A stretch of DNA of 64,000 nucleotides from Nitrospirota bacterium (GTDB taxonomy: Bacteria > Nitrospirota > UBA9217): positions 1,056,001-1,120,000 of the forward strand of contig CAVTRN010000002.1 of assembly GCA_963737155.1 (NCBI GenBank). Reading direction: 5' to 3'. The notes beneath the pieces are model-generated. The model was not told the DNA's origin and ran no database searches. It saw only the letters and a program-made list of their open reading frames with translations. The stretch's first letter is position 1; each line of letters begins with the position of its first letter. Made by a program: the position numbers and the translations under genes. This document shows, piece after piece, positions 40,270-51,614 of the stretch.

Positions 40270-40902
40270 ATGCACACTAATCTTACATATGAAGAAGCCC
40301 GGTCGAATAGTGAAAAGGTCCTCATCAAGGGCCAATTCTACAAGGCCGATGTATTTATTACACGGTCCAGCGACGGCCGTTTTATCGTAAAGGACTTTAC
40401 GCAAAAGGGGTTCTGGGAGCGGAACGTCGTTGGAAGGATCGTCGTCAGTCGAGAAGCCCGAGCCTATGCGGCGCTGGCAGGGATTGACGGACTGCCGACG
40501 CGTTTCAAGCGATTGTCGCCGTTAGCGCTTGCACTAGAATATCTGGAGGGAAAGGACCTTGGTGCCGTTGAACAAAAGGAAATTGGGCCTGACATCATCA
40601 GCCAGTTTGAAGGGATCGTGAAGGAAATCCACGATCGCGGCTGGGTCCACCTTGACCTTCATCGCAGAACGAATATACTCCTTGTTAGCGGCAAAGTGTA
40701 CATCGTGGACCTTGCCTCCGCCTTGCATCCGGGCGGCGTCCTCATTATCGGCCGTTGCCTTACCCGGATGATCGGCCTTGCGGACCGGTTGTCCCTCATT
40801 AAATTAAAAACGATATTCGCTCCCCAGGCATTGACCTCCCAGGAGCGGATCTGGCTCAGGATCAGGAACAGGATCATGCCGACGAAATGGAATATGCCAT
40901 GA
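40270..40902 (+). CDS. RIO/Kdo-like protein kinase-fold protein
   Basis: IVKDF, REARAY, HDRGWVHLDL..RTNIL, IVDLASA. Confidence 0.8.
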   Translation: MHTNLTYEEARSNSEKVLIKGQFYKADVFITRSSDGRFIVKDFTQKGFWERNVVGRIVVSREARAYAALAGIDGLPTRFKRLSPLALALEYLEGKDLGAVEQKEIGPDIISQFEGIVKEIHDRGWVHLDLHRRTNILLVSGKVYIVDLASALHPGGVLIIGRCLTRMIGLADRLSLIKLKTIFAPQALTSQERIWLRIRNRIMPTKWNMP

Positions 40903-40978
40903 TGGGTGAACAGACGACGAGGCACTCATTTGCCCGGGTATCAGTGATGCCGGTGTTCTCTCTAGAATAATATCGATC

Positions 40979-42985
40979 ATGCCTAAATTCAAGATCACTT
41001 CGAATTTCAAGCCCACCGGTGATCAGCCTGAGGCTATTGACAAGCTTTCCCAGGGAATCATCAAGGGGTTGCCGAACCAGGTTCTTCTGGGCGTGACCGG
41101 ATCAGGTAAGACCTTTACCATGGCGAATGTCGTGGAGCGCGTGCAAAAGCCGACGCTCGTCATCGCGCACAACAAAACGCTGGCCGCACAGCTGTACAAT
41201 GAGTTTAAAGAGCTTTTTCCCGGCAACGCCGTAGAATATTTTGTTTCCTATTACGACTACTATCAGCCGGAGGCCTACCTTCCAACAACAGATACCTACA
41301 TCGAAAAGGACTCCTCCATCAATGAGCAGATTGACCGCATGCGCCACTCCGCGACAAATGCACTTTTAGAAAGAGACGACGTGATCGTCGTAGCCTCGGT
41401 CTCGTGCATTTACGGACTGGGTTCGCCCGAAGCGTACCGCGGAATGCTGCTGTTTCTGGAAAAAGGGCAGCATATCGAGCGGAACGATATCCTGCGCAAA
41501 CTCGTGGAAATCCAGTACACGCGAAACGACTTCGATTTCCAGCGGGGTACATTCCGGGTACGTGGAGACGTGGTCGAGATCTTTCCAGCATCTCACGAAA
41601 GCACGGCGATCCGCGTCGAGATGTTTGGTGACGATATCGACGGCATATCGGAATTCGATCCGCTCCTGGGTACGCCCCTGAACAAACTGGACAAAACCGC
41701 GATTTATCCGAGCAGCCATTACGTGATCCCTGAAACGCGCATGAAAGATGCCATCGACGGGATCCACGCGGAGCTTCGCGACCGCATCCAGTATTTTCGC
41801 AAAATGAATAAATTGATAGAAGCTCAACGCATCGAGCAGCGAACAATGTTCGATCTCGAGATGATTCAAGAGATGGGGTATTGCCACGGTATTGAGAACT
41901 ACTCGCGCCATCTTTCGGGACGGTCTCCGGGTGAGCCGCCGCCTACGCTCCTTGATTACTTTCCCAAGCACTTCTTACTGATCGTCGACGAATCGCACGC
42001 TACGATTCCGCAAATCGGAGGCATGTATAACGGCGATCGAGCCCGAAAGCAAACGCTCGTGGATTTTGGATTCCGGTTGCCATCGGCGCTTGACAATCGT
42101 CCGCTTAACTTCGAGGAGTTCGAATCGCGGATACACCAGACTGTGTATGTCTCGGCAACACCCGCTGATTTCGAGGTTGAAAAAGCCGGGAACAGGATCA
42201 TTGAACAGGTCATCCGTCCCACGGGCCTCACGGACCCGAAAATCGCGATCAGGCCGGTTAAAGGCCAGGTTGACGACCTGCTGAGTGAAATCGGGAAACG
42301 GGCGGAGGCAAAAGAGCGAGTGCTTGTAACCACGCTGACGAAGCGCATGGCTGAGGACCTGACCGAGCATTACAAGGAATTAAACGTCCGCGTTGCCTAT
42401 CTGCATTCCGACATCGACACTCTGGAGCGGGTAGACATAATCCGAGATCTGCGGCTGGGCAAGTACGACGTCCTGATCGGCATCAATCTCCTCCGTGAAG
42501 GCCTGGATATTCCCGAGGTATCGCTTGTCGCCATTCTCGACGCCGACAAGGAGGGGTTTCTCCGCTCAACGCGCTCGCTCATCCAGACCATGGGCCGTGC
42601 GTCGCGCAACGTGAACGGCGAGGTGATTCTCTATGCAGAGAACATCACCGATTCGATGCGCAATGCGATTAATGAAACGAACCGGCGGCGGACAGTGCAG
42701 GAGGAGTACAACAGGAAGCATAACATTACACCGACAACCGTGAAGAAAAACATCATGGCCGCGCTCAGAACCGTTTATGAACAGGATTACTTCACTGTTC
42801 CGATCACGGCCGAAGAAGCAGGAGGGGATGTTGCGACCGTGGACATTCCCATGCTTATTGCACGACTGGATAAACAGATGCGGGCAGCGGCTAAGGAACT
42901 TGATTTTGAAACCGCCGCCGAGCTTCGGGACAAAATCAGATCTTTGAAGCAGCGGGAGTTGGCCGTTGGGGTAAAAGTGGAGTAG
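40979..42985 (+). CDS. uvrB: Excinuclease ABC subunit B
   Basis: [27 protein letters not shown] domain. Confidence 0.99.
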   Translation: MPKFKITSNFKPTGDQPEAIDKLSQGIIKGLPNQVLLGVTGSGKTFTMANVVERVQKPTLVIAHNKTLAAQLYNEFKELFPGNAVEYFVSYYDYYQPEAYLPTTDTYIEKDSSINEQIDRMRHSATNALLERDDVIVVASVSCIYGLGSPEAYRGMLLFLEKGQHIERNDILRKLVEIQYTRNDFDFQRGTFRVRGDVVEIFPASHESTAIRVEMFGDDIDGISEFDPLLGTPLNKLDKTAIYPSSHYVIPETRMKDAIDGIHAELRDRIQYFRKMNKLIEAQRIEQRTMFDLEMIQEMGYCHGIENYSRHLSGRSPGEPPPTLLDYFPKHFLLIVDESHATIPQIGGMYNGDRARKQTLVDFGFRLPSALDNRPLNFEEFESRIHQTVYVSATPADFEVEKAGNRIIEQVIRPTGLTDPKIAIRPVKGQVDDLLSEIGKRAEAKERVLVTTLTKRMAEDLTEHYKELNVRVAYLHSDIDTLERVDIIRDLRLGKYDVLIGINLLREGLDIPEVSLVAILDADKEGFLRSTRSLIQTMGRASRNVNGEVILYAENITDSMRNAINETNRRRTVQEEYNRKHNITPTTVKKNIMAALRTVYEQDYFTVPITAEEAGGDVATVDIPMLIARLDKQMRAAAKELDFETAAELRDKIRSLKQRELAVGVKVE

Positions 42986-43009
42986 GGGCGGCAGAGTCAC
43001 AATGCGGAA

Positions 43010-43170
43010 TTGTCCAAGGATGCTCAGACACTTCTGGAATATTTTGTGTGGGTCGATAGTATGCGAGACCTTTTCGATCAAGAGAGAAAAGTCGAGCGCG
43101 GAAAAGACGATTTCACCGACATAATTATCGACAGGTCTTATTGGTGCGGTGGTTTGTATGCCGTTGTCGA
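43010..43170 (+). pseudogene. Truncated hypothetical gene fused to intron remnant
   Basis: TLLEYFVWVDSMR...SYWCGGLYAVVE looks protein-like and runs into intron-derived sequence. Confidence 0.35.
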
Positions 43171-43330
43171 GTCCAGTGTTATACATGGCGCATCCAAATG
43201 TTTGCTTCACCACGCTGGGTTTTTCGGACCTGGCAGCTCGTACGACTGCCTAACCAGCCGAATCGCCGTCTACGGACCCGTACGCACGGTCGTGTGACAG
43301 GAAAGCCCGTGCGGGCCTACCTGTGTTGAT
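43160..43330 (+). mobile_element. 3' remnant of a group IIC intron (maturase tail plus domains V and VI)
   Basis: GAATCGCCGTCTACGGACCCGTACGCACGGTCGT (DV with CGC triad), DVI ending ...GTTGAT; preceded by in-frame SSPVLYMAHPNVCFTTLGFSDL* resembling an IEP C-terminus. Confidence 0.8.
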
Positions 43331-43462
43331 TGGTTTTCCAGTCAGCGTCGTGTCACGAAGCTTGCCGTGTCTCCCCCCGAGGCCCTCCTCGTTCAACCAC
43401 AAATGTATCTCGCCAATATCCTCGTTTCCCGAAGGGAAAATCCATGGTACAATAAGCATGCA

Positions 43463-45298
43463 ATGACCCTCGAAGAAAAACTCAAGAACCTCCCCGACGA
43501 GCCAGGAGTCTATATGATGATGGACGCCCGGGGGCACATTATTTATATCGGCAAAGCTGTGTCGCTTGTGAACCGAGTAAATTCCTATTTCCAGAAAGGG
43601 CCGAAAGGCGAGAAGACCGAGCTTATGGTGCGCCAGATCGCGGACCTTGAGACTATTGTGACGCATACCGAGCTTGAGGCCCTGATCCTCGAATCGAACC
43701 TCATCAAGAAACACCACCCGCGGTACAACATTATTCTCCGGGACGACAAGAACTATCCTTATCTTCGGTTCGACATCAAGTCGGAATATCCTCGGCTCGA
43801 AGTCGTCCGGCGATTGAAAAAGGACGGGGCCGCATATTACGGGCCCTATGTCCCTGCTGGCGGCATGTGGGAGTCACTCGCGCTCATTCGCAGGACCTTT
43901 CCGCTCGCCTCATGCAGGAAGGAACTGGGAAAGAAACCGGAGCGTGCTTGCGTCCAGTTCCAGATTGGACGGTGTCTGGGGCCGTGCACCGGCGGGGTCG
44001 ACAGTGCAGCGTATCGTGATGTCGTTTCCCAGGTCCGTCTCTTTCTCGAGGGCAAGAACCGCGATCTTCTCGACATGCTCAAGCGTCGCATGGAGGAGGC
44101 GTCGGAGAAGACGGAGTACGAGCGCGCGGCAGAACTCAGGGACCGGATCGCAAAGATCAATGGCGCTTTCGAGAGGCAGAAGGTCATCTCCCCAGGGTTC
44201 GAGAATCAGGATGTTGTTGGAATCGCATCCGAAGCGGGCCGTGCGGACATCCAGGTGCTCTTCATCAGAAACGGAATGATGCTCGGGCGGAAAGACTTCT
44301 ATCTCGACGACGTGCGCGGTTTGTCGAACGAAGATATCCTCGGCGACTTCCTGCGCCAATTTTATGCAAAGGAGATGATCGTCCCCGCCGAGGTCCTGCT
44401 GCCGTGCGAGGTGTCTGATCGGGAGGTATTCGAGAGATGGCTTTCGGAAAAGCGCGAAGCAAGGGTTGATGTCCTGGTTCCCCAGCGCGGACGCAAGCGC
44501 GAACTGGCGCAGATGGCATCGGATAACGCAGCCCAGTCGCTTCGCGAACATACGCTTTCCCGGAGGAGCAAGGAGAAAATCCTGGCGCGGCTCCAGGAAG
44601 AGCTGGGGCTCCGGAACCTTCCGCGCAGGATCGAGGCCTTCGACATATCGCAGATACAGGGAACAGAGCCAGTCGCGAGCATGGTCAGTTTCGAGAACAA
44701 CGTCCCGGATAAGCGGCATTATAAACGTTTCAAGATAAAAACGGTGACGGGCCAGGACGACTTTGCGAGCATGGCTGAGGTGATCCGGCGGCATTACACG
44801 AGGGCGAAAGAGGATGGAACGCTTCCCGATCTCATCCTTATCGATGGCGGCAAGGGGCAGCTCAGTGCTGCCCTTGACGTGCTGAAGGATCTGCAGATCG
44901 AGGAACCTGACGTCATCGGTCTCGCTAAGGCCCGCAGTGGGAATGAGGGTGTAGAGCGGGAGTTCGAGCGAGTCTTTCTCCCGGGCATGGAGGAACCGAT
45001 TATTCTTGACCCCTTGAGTGCGACTACGCACCTGGTGGCGCGGGCGCGCGATGAGGCCCATCGGTTTGCGATCACCTATCATCGGAAACTTCGTGAGAAA
45101 CGGGCTGTCCATTCAGAACTTGACGACATCCCTGGAATCGGAAAAGCCCGGAAGAAAGCGCTGCTTCGTCACTTTGGAAGTGTGGAGAAGATCAAACAGG
45201 CGTCGTTGGAGGAGTTGGCCGCTGTGGCGGGCATGACCGGAAAAGCTGCTGATAAAATAGCCGAGTTTTACGGGAAAAAATCGGCTGAAAAGGTTTAA
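43463..45298 (+). CDS. uvrC: Excinuclease ABC subunit C
   Basis: PGVY...YIGKA GIY-YIG, DDKNYPY, RIEAFDIS, IDGGKGQ, RDEAHRFA, HhH. Confidence 0.99.
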   Translation: MTLEEKLKNLPDEPGVYMMMDARGHIIYIGKAVSLVNRVNSYFQKGPKGEKTELMVRQIADLETIVTHTELEALILESNLIKKHHPRYNIILRDDKNYPYLRFDIKSEYPRLEVVRRLKKDGAAYYGPYVPAGGMWESLALIRRTFPLASCRKELGKKPERACVQFQIGRCLGPCTGGVDSAAYRDVVSQVRLFLEGKNRDLLDMLKRRMEEASEKTEYERAAELRDRIAKINGAFERQKVISPGFENQDVVGIASEAGRADIQVLFIRNGMMLGRKDFYLDDVRGLSNEDILGDFLRQFYAKEMIVPAEVLLPCEVSDREVFERWLSEKREARVDVLVPQRGRKRELAQMASDNAAQSLREHTLSRRSKEKILARLQEELGLRNLPRRIEAFDISQIQGTEPVASMVSFENNVPDKRHYKRFKIKTVTGQDDFASMAEVIRRHYTRAKEDGTLPDLILIDGGKGQLSAALDVLKDLQIEEPDVIGLAKARSGNEGVEREFERVFLPGMEEPIILDPLSATTHLVARARDEAHRFAITYHRKLREKRAVHSELDDIPGIGKARKKALLRHFGSVEKIKQASLEELAAVAGMTGKAADKIAEFYGKKSAEKV

Positions 45299-45654
45299 TA
45301 CATGTAGCCGATGAGAGAGATAAAATTCGTCCTAGGTAAAAGCGAGTCGAGAACCAGGTTTATGTTAATAAACGAGAAAAAACTCGATTCCCCCTGCATC
45401 TTTTGCATAATCCTTTCGGAGCGAGCGCAGGTAGCTCTAAAATGGAGTAAAAGCTGAGGAGTTTATTCCCGGGAAGTTAAGGTTAAAAGTAATTTTATAA
45501 TCATATAGTGACATTAATTTTAGCCAATATATATTGCAACTCTACATATGGCGACAACCCGCAATAACCCCGGAAGCGACTTTTGCGATTGTAAAACATA
45601 TTTATCAGCCATGTGGTTATGTTAACCGAGACCCCCTATAATCGAGGAGATTTT

Positions 45655-46467
45655 ATGACAAACGAACAATGGCTGGAGATGTTTAGAGTCATCGGTGCGA
45701 AAATGCGAAGTGGAATCGCTGATATCCTGAACACAGAGGGGGGCAAGATTCCCCTCGGGAAAGGGGCGGGAGGCGATAAGACCTTCCCCGTGGATAAATG
45801 GGCGGAGGATATTATTATTTCCGGGCTGGAACAAATGCAGCGGGAAGGCGAAGCATTTACTCTTATCTCCGAGGAACTCGGGATTCGTAAATTCGGCGAC
45901 GGCAGAAAGGTCGTGCTGGTCGACCCCATCGACGGTAGCAACAATGCAAAGACGGGGATCCCTTTTTTTTCCTCATCAATGGCCCTCTTGAATGGCGATA
46001 CCCTCTCTGACCTCGCTGCGGGTTATGTGATCAACCTGTCCACGGGAGACGAGTTCTGGGCCCTCCGCGCCCAGGGTGCATATAAGAACGGCAAGCGCAT
46101 AAGGACATCGGCGACCGAAGGCATTAACATCGTGGCCTACGAGGCGTCATCTCCCTTAACCGATCTGCCGCGGCTCCTGCCGCTGCTGACGCGGGCGAAA
46201 CGGACCCGCTGCTTCGGATCCACGGCCCTGGATCTCGCGTACCTTGCATCGGGTGCAATCAGCCTGTTCGCTACAGCAACGGCCTCGCGGGCCTTTGACT
46301 ACGCCGCCGGTTTGCTGATCGTCGAGGAGGCGGACGGCGTGGTAACCGACCTCGAAGGACGGCATATCGACCACGTTGTAGCGGGTTTGGACAGAACGGT
46401 TCCTCTTCTCGCAAGCGCGCACGAACGTCTCCACGTCGCAGCGCTTGATTTGCTTGCAACAACATGA
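45655..46467 (+). CDS. Inositol monophosphatase / bifunctional FBPase-IMPase (archaeal-like type)
   Basis: GAGGDKTFPVD, ISEE, VDPIDGSNNA, FDYAAG. Confidence 0.88.
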   Translation: MTNEQWLEMFRVIGAKMRSGIADILNTEGGKIPLGKGAGGDKTFPVDKWAEDIIISGLEQMQREGEAFTLISEELGIRKFGDGRKVVLVDPIDGSNNAKTGIPFFSSSMALLNGDTLSDLAAGYVINLSTGDEFWALRAQGAYKNGKRIRTSATEGINIVAYEASSPLTDLPRLLPLLTRAKRTRCFGSTALDLAYLASGAISLFATATASRAFDYAAGLLIVEEADGVVTDLEGRHIDHVVAGLDRTVPLLASAHERLHVAALDLLATT

Positions 46468-46519
46468 CAATCCCGTTCAGCAGTATTGACATACCATACT
46501 TTTTATGTAATTATGAAAT

Positions 46520-47443
46520 ATGGCCCTTGTTAACCACACCACGCGTGAAATCAACACAAAGATCGTATATTATGGCCCTGGACTCTGCGGGAAAACGACG
46601 AACATTCACCTTATTTACCATCGGATCTCGCCGAATCAGCGCGGGAAACTCATCTCGCTGGCCACGGAGACTGATCGAACATTGTTTTTCGACTTCCTTC
46701 CAGTTGAGCTGGGCACCATTAAAAATTACAAAGTGCGGTTCCATCTCTATACCGTACCAGGCCAGGTATTTTATAATGCCACGAGGAAGCTTGTGCTCAA
46801 GGGCGCAGACGGCCTTATTTTCGTGGCCGATTCTCAGCGCGCTCTGTTGGAGGCAAACCTCGAGAGCTTGGCGGATCTTCGCGATAACTTAGCCGAGCAA
46901 GGCGTCAATATCATCGAGTTTCCCATGGTGATTCAGTATAACAAACGGGATCTTCCCGACGTTCTTTCGGTAGAGGATCTGAATGCGTCGCTCAACCCGC
47001 GGAATGCGCTTTATTACGAGGCTGTTGCGACGACCGGAGAGGGCGTCCTGAAAACATTTACCGCTATATCCAAGCTTGTGCTGCAGGATATGCAGAAATA
47101 TCCGGAACGCCACAACTTTTCGTTGAACGATGTCGTCGGCAAGGGCGAGAGGCGCTCCGAGCCGTCCGAAGACATCATGAAGGATGTGCCGCCGTCGGAA
47201 CCGTCTATGACTGGAGTTGCCGCGGCTGAGGCGAAATCGGAAATGGCGGCGTTCGTGAATGCCGTTGATGCAAAGGTGAAAGTGAACCTGGGAAAAGCCT
47301 CTATGGAGGATGGTGGCATCATCCTTCCCTTTGACATCGTGAGCGGAGATCGGGAGGAACAGTTCGAGCTTCATATTGCAATCGATATGGAGGCGCCCCT
47401 TTCCAAGCGCTTCAAAGTTATTATAAAAAATTTCAAAAAATGA
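46520..47443 (+). CDS. MglA-like small GTPase with C-terminal extension
   Basis: KIVYYGPGLCGKTTN, DRTLFFDFLP, YTVPGQVFY, QYNKRDLP; about 110 extra C-terminal residues. Confidence 0.92.
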   Translation: MALVNHTTREINTKIVYYGPGLCGKTTNIHLIYHRISPNQRGKLISLATETDRTLFFDFLPVELGTIKNYKVRFHLYTVPGQVFYNATRKLVLKGADGLIFVADSQRALLEANLESLADLRDNLAEQGVNIIEFPMVIQYNKRDLPDVLSVEDLNASLNPRNALYYEAVATTGEGVLKTFTAISKLVLQDMQKYPERHNFSLNDVVGKGERRSEPSEDIMKDVPPSEPSMTGVAAAEAKSEMAAFVNAVDAKVKVNLGKASMEDGGIILPFDIVSGDREEQFELHIAIDMEAPLSKRFKVIIKNFKK

Positions 47444-47545
47444 ATATTACGCGCGGACGTGGAGCCCTAGACGCTGAAGACGAATTCTTCTGGCGACCGT
47501 AATCCATATTGAAACAGTGGCATTGATCACGTTCATGAGGTTTCT

Positions 47546-48259
47546 ATGTCTAAGGTAACAGTGCTTATACCTGCAGCGGGCATGGGAAAGAGAATGGGCA
47601 GGGCCATCGCGAAGCAGTTTCTTCCCCTGGGTGACAAACCCATGCTTGCTCATACCCTCTTGGTATTCCAGCGTGTTTCAGAAATCGACGAGATCATCCC
47701 GATCCTTTCGCAGGAGGACATGGAAAATTGTCTCGCAGCTATAATCGAACAGTACCACATTACAAAAGTGAAGACCCTGGTCGTGGGCGGCAAGGAGCGG
47801 CAGGACTCGGTGGCAAACGGTCTGCATAAACTCGAGAGGGACGCATCGGTGGTGCTCATCCATGACGGGGTGAGGCCTTTCGTAACACCCGAGATGATCA
47901 AGGAAGCCGTGGACTATGCCAGGAAAGGCGAGTGTGTGACCGTAGGCGTGCCGATCAAGGACACCATCAAGGAAGTGAACGACCAAGGGATAGTGCGTCA
48001 GACCCTGGAGCGCAGCAAGCTCTGGGCCATTCAGACACCTCAGGCATTCCCAGTCAGGACCCTTAAACAGGCGTACGGGGAAGCTTCCTTAAGGCAAAGG
48101 TATGGCACAGACGATGCGACGCTCGTTGAGCGAATGGGCGGTAAAGTGCGGGTGATCATGGGAAGCTATGATAATATCAAAATCACGACGCCTGAAGACT
48201 TGGTGTTGGCGGAGGAGATACTGAAGAGGCGCTATGATGCGGATCGGGATAGGTTATGA
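47546..48259 (+). CDS. ispD: 2-C-methyl-D-erythritol 4-phosphate cytidylyltransferase
   Basis: [37 protein letters not shown]. Confidence 0.97.
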   Translation: MSKVTVLIPAAGMGKRMGRAIAKQFLPLGDKPMLAHTLLVFQRVSEIDEIIPILSQEDMENCLAAIIEQYHITKVKTLVVGGKERQDSVANGLHKLERDASVVLIHDGVRPFVTPEMIKEAVDYARKGECVTVGVPIKDTIKEVNDQGIVRQTLERSKLWAIQTPQAFPVRTLKQAYGEASLRQRYGTDDATLVERMGGKVRVIMGSYDNIKITTPEDLVLAEEILKRRYDADRDRL

Positions 48260-48713
48260 TGTTCACCGTCTCAGCGGTGGCCTCAAGCTCGTCATAGGCG
48301 GTGTGGACGTTCCCTCTGAGCAGGGACTTGTTGGCCACTCCGATGCCGATGTGCTGCTCCACGCGATCTGCGACGCCCTGCTTGGAGCGGCAGGGCTCGG
48401 CGACATTGGCCGGCATTTCCCGGATTCCGCTCCGAAATACAAAGGTATTTCCAGCCTGATCCTGCTCCGGGAAGTGCACCGGCTTCTCAAGGAAACGGGC
48501 TATCGCGTCAACAATATCGACGCCACCATTGTGGCAGAGCGTCCGAAAATGGCCCCTCATGTGCCCGCAATGACGGCGAATATCGCTGCCGCTGTCAACG
48601 TTGACCGGTCTATGGTCAATGTGAAGGCGACTACGACCGAAGGGCTCGGGTTTGCGGGAAAGGGCGAGGGAATGGCCGCCTATGCCGTTTGTACAATCAG
48701 GAAATCGGAGTAA
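48234..48713 (+). CDS. ispF: 2-C-methyl-D-erythritol 2,4-cyclodiphosphate synthase
   Basis: [26 protein letters not shown]. Confidence 0.97.
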   Translation: MMRIGIGYDVHRLSGGLKLVIGGVDVPSEQGLVGHSDADVLLHAICDALLGAAGLGDIGRHFPDSAPKYKGISSLILLREVHRLLKETGYRVNNIDATIVAERPKMAPHVPAMTANIAAAVNVDRSMVNVKATTTEGLGFAGKGEGMAAYAVCTIRKSE

Positions 48714-48714
48714 T

Positions 48715-49470
48715 ATGACATATTTTATTCTAATTGTTTTTGTTTTTCTGGTCACGGTTGCGCCGGCCTTTCCACAGGTTGATGATCAGACGGGGAGCCA
48801 GAAGCAGAAAGAACAGGAACAACAAAAACACTTCCTGTATGAGTGGACCGACAGCAAGGGCATTGTTCATATTACCGACAGTCTCAGTAATGTTCCGGAG
48901 AAATACCGGTCCGAAGCACAGAGGTTAGAAACCCCTTCGGGAGCCGAGGGAACGGAAAGCCAGCCGGGAGAACAGGGCACAATAGATCATCCCGATTACT
49001 CTAAAGAAGAGGAAATTCTGCAGAACCAGAAGGAAGCATGGCAAAGTCGTATGAAGGCAGCGAAACAGCAATTGGCAGACGCCGAGCGGCGCTACCAGGA
49101 GCTGTCGCAGAAGAGGGATGAATTGCTTGGGAGTTGGGGAGGGCCCGCATCGGGACACTTGGAAGGCCGGGAGGAAGCTGCCCGCATAGAACAGCAGCTG
49201 AAGCAGGTGCAGAAGGAGATTGATGATACACGGCAACAGATAAGGGTGGTGATCCCCAATGAAGCGCGTAAGGCCGGGATCCACCGGGATGGCTTAGAGA
49301 ATGATCGCAAAAGAATGCTGATTGAAAACTTAGCAATGTTGAAATCGTCAATGATGATAAACGTGCAAGACAATTCTCAGTGGTGTAGCTCTCCTGCCGA
49401 TCAGTGCGTGTCACGCCGAAGGTTTTTTAAATTGTTGGTCAGTACTCTTCAATCCGCAATGACAACATGA
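48715..49470 (+). CDS. DUF4124-domain secreted coiled-coil protein (natural end probably ~49304, frameshifted)
   Basis: Signal peptide, [20 protein letters not shown]; EARKAGI followed by PGWLRE* in another frame. Confidence 0.8.
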   Translation: MTYFILIVFVFLVTVAPAFPQVDDQTGSQKQKEQEQQKHFLYEWTDSKGIVHITDSLSNVPEKYRSEAQRLETPSGAEGTESQPGEQGTIDHPDYSKEEEILQNQKEAWQSRMKAAKQQLADAERRYQELSQKRDELLGSWGGPASGHLEGREEAARIEQQLKQVQKEIDDTRQQIRVVIPNEARKAGIHRDGLENDRKRMLIENLAMLKSSMMINVQDNSQWCSSPADQCVSRRRFFKLLVSTLQSAMTT

Positions 49471-50123
49471 GTGATATCATTCGAAAGATCAGAAAAGATT
49501 TTCATGCAGCACTTTCCATGGATCCTGCCGCTACGAACAGACTAGAGGTCGCTCTGACGTATGCAGGTGTTCACGCGCTTCTGCTCTACCGTTTCGCCCA
49601 CTGGCTGTGGACAAAACGCATTCCTTTTGTTCCGCGTGCTCTGTCACAGTTAGGACGGTTCCTGACGGGCATTGAAATTCATCCCGGTGCGACAATAGGC
49701 TCGGGGTTGTTCATTGACCATGGGATGGGAGTGGTAATCGGCGAGACAGCGGAGATCGGCGATAACGTCACGCTGTTTCAGGGGGTGACGCTTGGAGGAA
49801 CGGGCAAACAGCGGGGTAAACGACACCCGACGTTGGGGAGCCACGTTGTCGTGGGTGCCGGCGCAAAGGTGCTTGGCCCCATAAAAATTGGCGATTATGT
49901 CAAGATCGGTGCTAACTCGGTGGTGCTTCAGGATGTGCCGGATCATTCAACCGTGGTCGGCATTCCCGGGAAAATTGTTAGAATCAAGGACGAACGCGTT
50001 CCCGATGAAGCGCTTCTCGACCATATCCACATCCCCGATCCCATCGCGGACCGGTTCATCGATCTTCAGGTGCAGATCGATTCACTGAAAAGAGACTTGG
50101 AGAATCTTCGACAAAAAAAATGA
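49467..50123 (+). CDS. cysE: Serine O-acetyltransferase
   Basis: [35 protein letters not shown]. Confidence 0.96.
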   Translation: MSDIIRKIRKDFHAALSMDPAATNRLEVALTYAGVHALLLYRFAHWLWTKRIPFVPRALSQLGRFLTGIEIHPGATIGSGLFIDHGMGVVIGETAEIGDNVTLFQGVTLGGTGKQRGKRHPTLGSHVVVGAGAKVLGPIKIGDYVKIGANSVVLQDVPDHSTVVGIPGKIVRIKDERVPDEALLDHIHIPDPIADRFIDLQVQIDSLKRDLENLRQKK

Positions 50124-50165
50124 TTGCAAAAATCCTGATAGGTGATGAGTCAGGCTTAAACATCG

Positions 50166-50600
50166 TCAATCCTCTATGATTTTATAACTGTGCTTGATTG
50201 TTCCCGCCTTCGCTAGTGTTGCCCCGACTGAGCAGTACTTATCGAGGGACAAGGCAATAGCTCTTTCAACTGCCTCCTTTTCAACACCCTTACCCCTCAC
50301 GACATACTCGATATGAACTGATTTGTACACTTGCGGAGGGTTTTCGGCCTTTTCTCCCTGTATATTGATTTCAAGACCTGTGACGGGCTGACGTTTTTTC
50401 CGAAGAATTGATATAACGTCCATACCCGAGCAACCGCCGAATCCGACGAGCAGCAGTTCCATGGGCCGGAATCCCGCATTGTGACCACCGGCTGTATCAT
50501 CGGCGTCCATGTTCAGGGTATGACCAGACGTTGCATTGCCTGTAAACAGCATATCATGCATGAGAGTTACTTTTGCTTCAACCATGTTTTCTGACTCCAT
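50166..50600 (-). CDS. OsmC family protein
   Basis: RPMELLL.GFGGCSGMDV, SLDKYCSV. Confidence 0.92.
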   Translation of the reverse strand: MESENMVEAKVTLMHDMLFTGNATSGHTLNMDADDTAGGHNAGFRPMELLLVGFGGCSGMDVISILRKKRQPVTGLEINIQGEKAENPPQVYKSVHIEYVVRGKGVEKEAVERAIALSLDKYCSVGATLAKAGTIKHSYKIIED

Positions 50601-51442
50601 TCCTGTAATGAAATAAAAAGCGGTCTAAAAATTTAATCATCGTACCAGAAAGTCTTTGTGGCTGTCAATGGCCATTCCTAAAAACATAAAAATTTATCTC
50701 CCGCAACGATGACGGCAGCTGTTATATCCTGCACAAAACCATCCAAAGCTCGGACTGATCCGCGATAAATAAGCTGCCGCACCTAGGCCCGACGTGCTGA
50801 TTGCAGGTATTCAGATCCAGTGCGCAAATGCCTGTCTCGCCGGCCGACAACGATGACAGCGACAGCGGGGTCGGCAGGCAGCTTCATAAGCGTTGGTCTG
50901 TTGCGTTAAGGCAGGACCAATCTCAGTGACCTTTTTGAGGTTGCCAAGCCTTTTTTTCAGCGAATGTGGGAAGTCGCCCTCGTGGCGCGTCTAGATCATT
51001 TTTCTGGTTATGACTGAATACGCGAAAATACAGAGCGACAACACCCGAAGCAGTTTCCTCCTCTTAAATATTAAGTGTCCCGATTGGCATTTGCGGAACC
51101 TGCGGCAGTTTAATTGCTTTCCGTCCGTTTCTGATCGGTTCAACACTTATACCTTGTTGCTTTGAAATATGTTTAATTTAATAATGATATTATGATATAT
51201 ATACTAATATTTTATAACAAAAAATAAGCAGCGTCTGGTCGTATTTTTAATTACATTCGTTTTCTTTGGGGAAAATAGACAATAACTAAATAACTTTAGT
51301 ATTATTTAAAAAAATCGGCATATTAAGCGTTTCTCTACAGAAATAATGGTGAAGACGCCATAATTCAAGGACTCACCTCGTTATCAGAATATATAAGATT
51401 ATGATTAATAAATGGATTAATTTTTAAAGATCACATTGTCTG

Positions 51443-51457
51443 TGGCACTTAAATTGC
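51443..51457 (+). promoter_or_regulatory. Sigma54 (-24/-12) promoter motif upstream of dsrA
   Basis: TGGCAC-TTAAA-TTGC, exact consensus, in an AT-rich region. Confidence 0.7.
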
Positions 51458-51585
51458 GGGAAAATAATTTGATTTCATTGCTTATCCATAAAAGGCATGT
51501 AACTATTTGTAATAATTTAGTTGTTAAATGAATATTCGCAACCGTGATAATTATATGCGTTTATAGCAGAATTAATTTTTTTTAT

Positions 51586-51614
51586 TTGACTAAAACAGAA
51601 AGTACACTTACAAT
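51586..51614 (+). promoter_or_regulatory. Sigma70-like promoter upstream of dsrA
   Basis: TTGACT-N17-TACAAT with an A/T-rich upstream tract. Confidence 0.65.

Noticed and set aside
43910-45112. 400-aa minus-strand ORF, and similar long antisense ORFs elsewhere
   Set aside because: Antisense shadows of well-supported genes (here uvrC).
45300-45650. AT-rich spacer examined for a c-di-GMP riboswitch or small gene
   Set aside because: No GEMM consensus and no convincing ORF.
50650-51150. GC-richer part of the osmC-dsrA spacer examined for ncRNA or pseudogene
   Set aside because: No recognisable RNA family or protein motif by eye; it needs BLASTX and cmscan.
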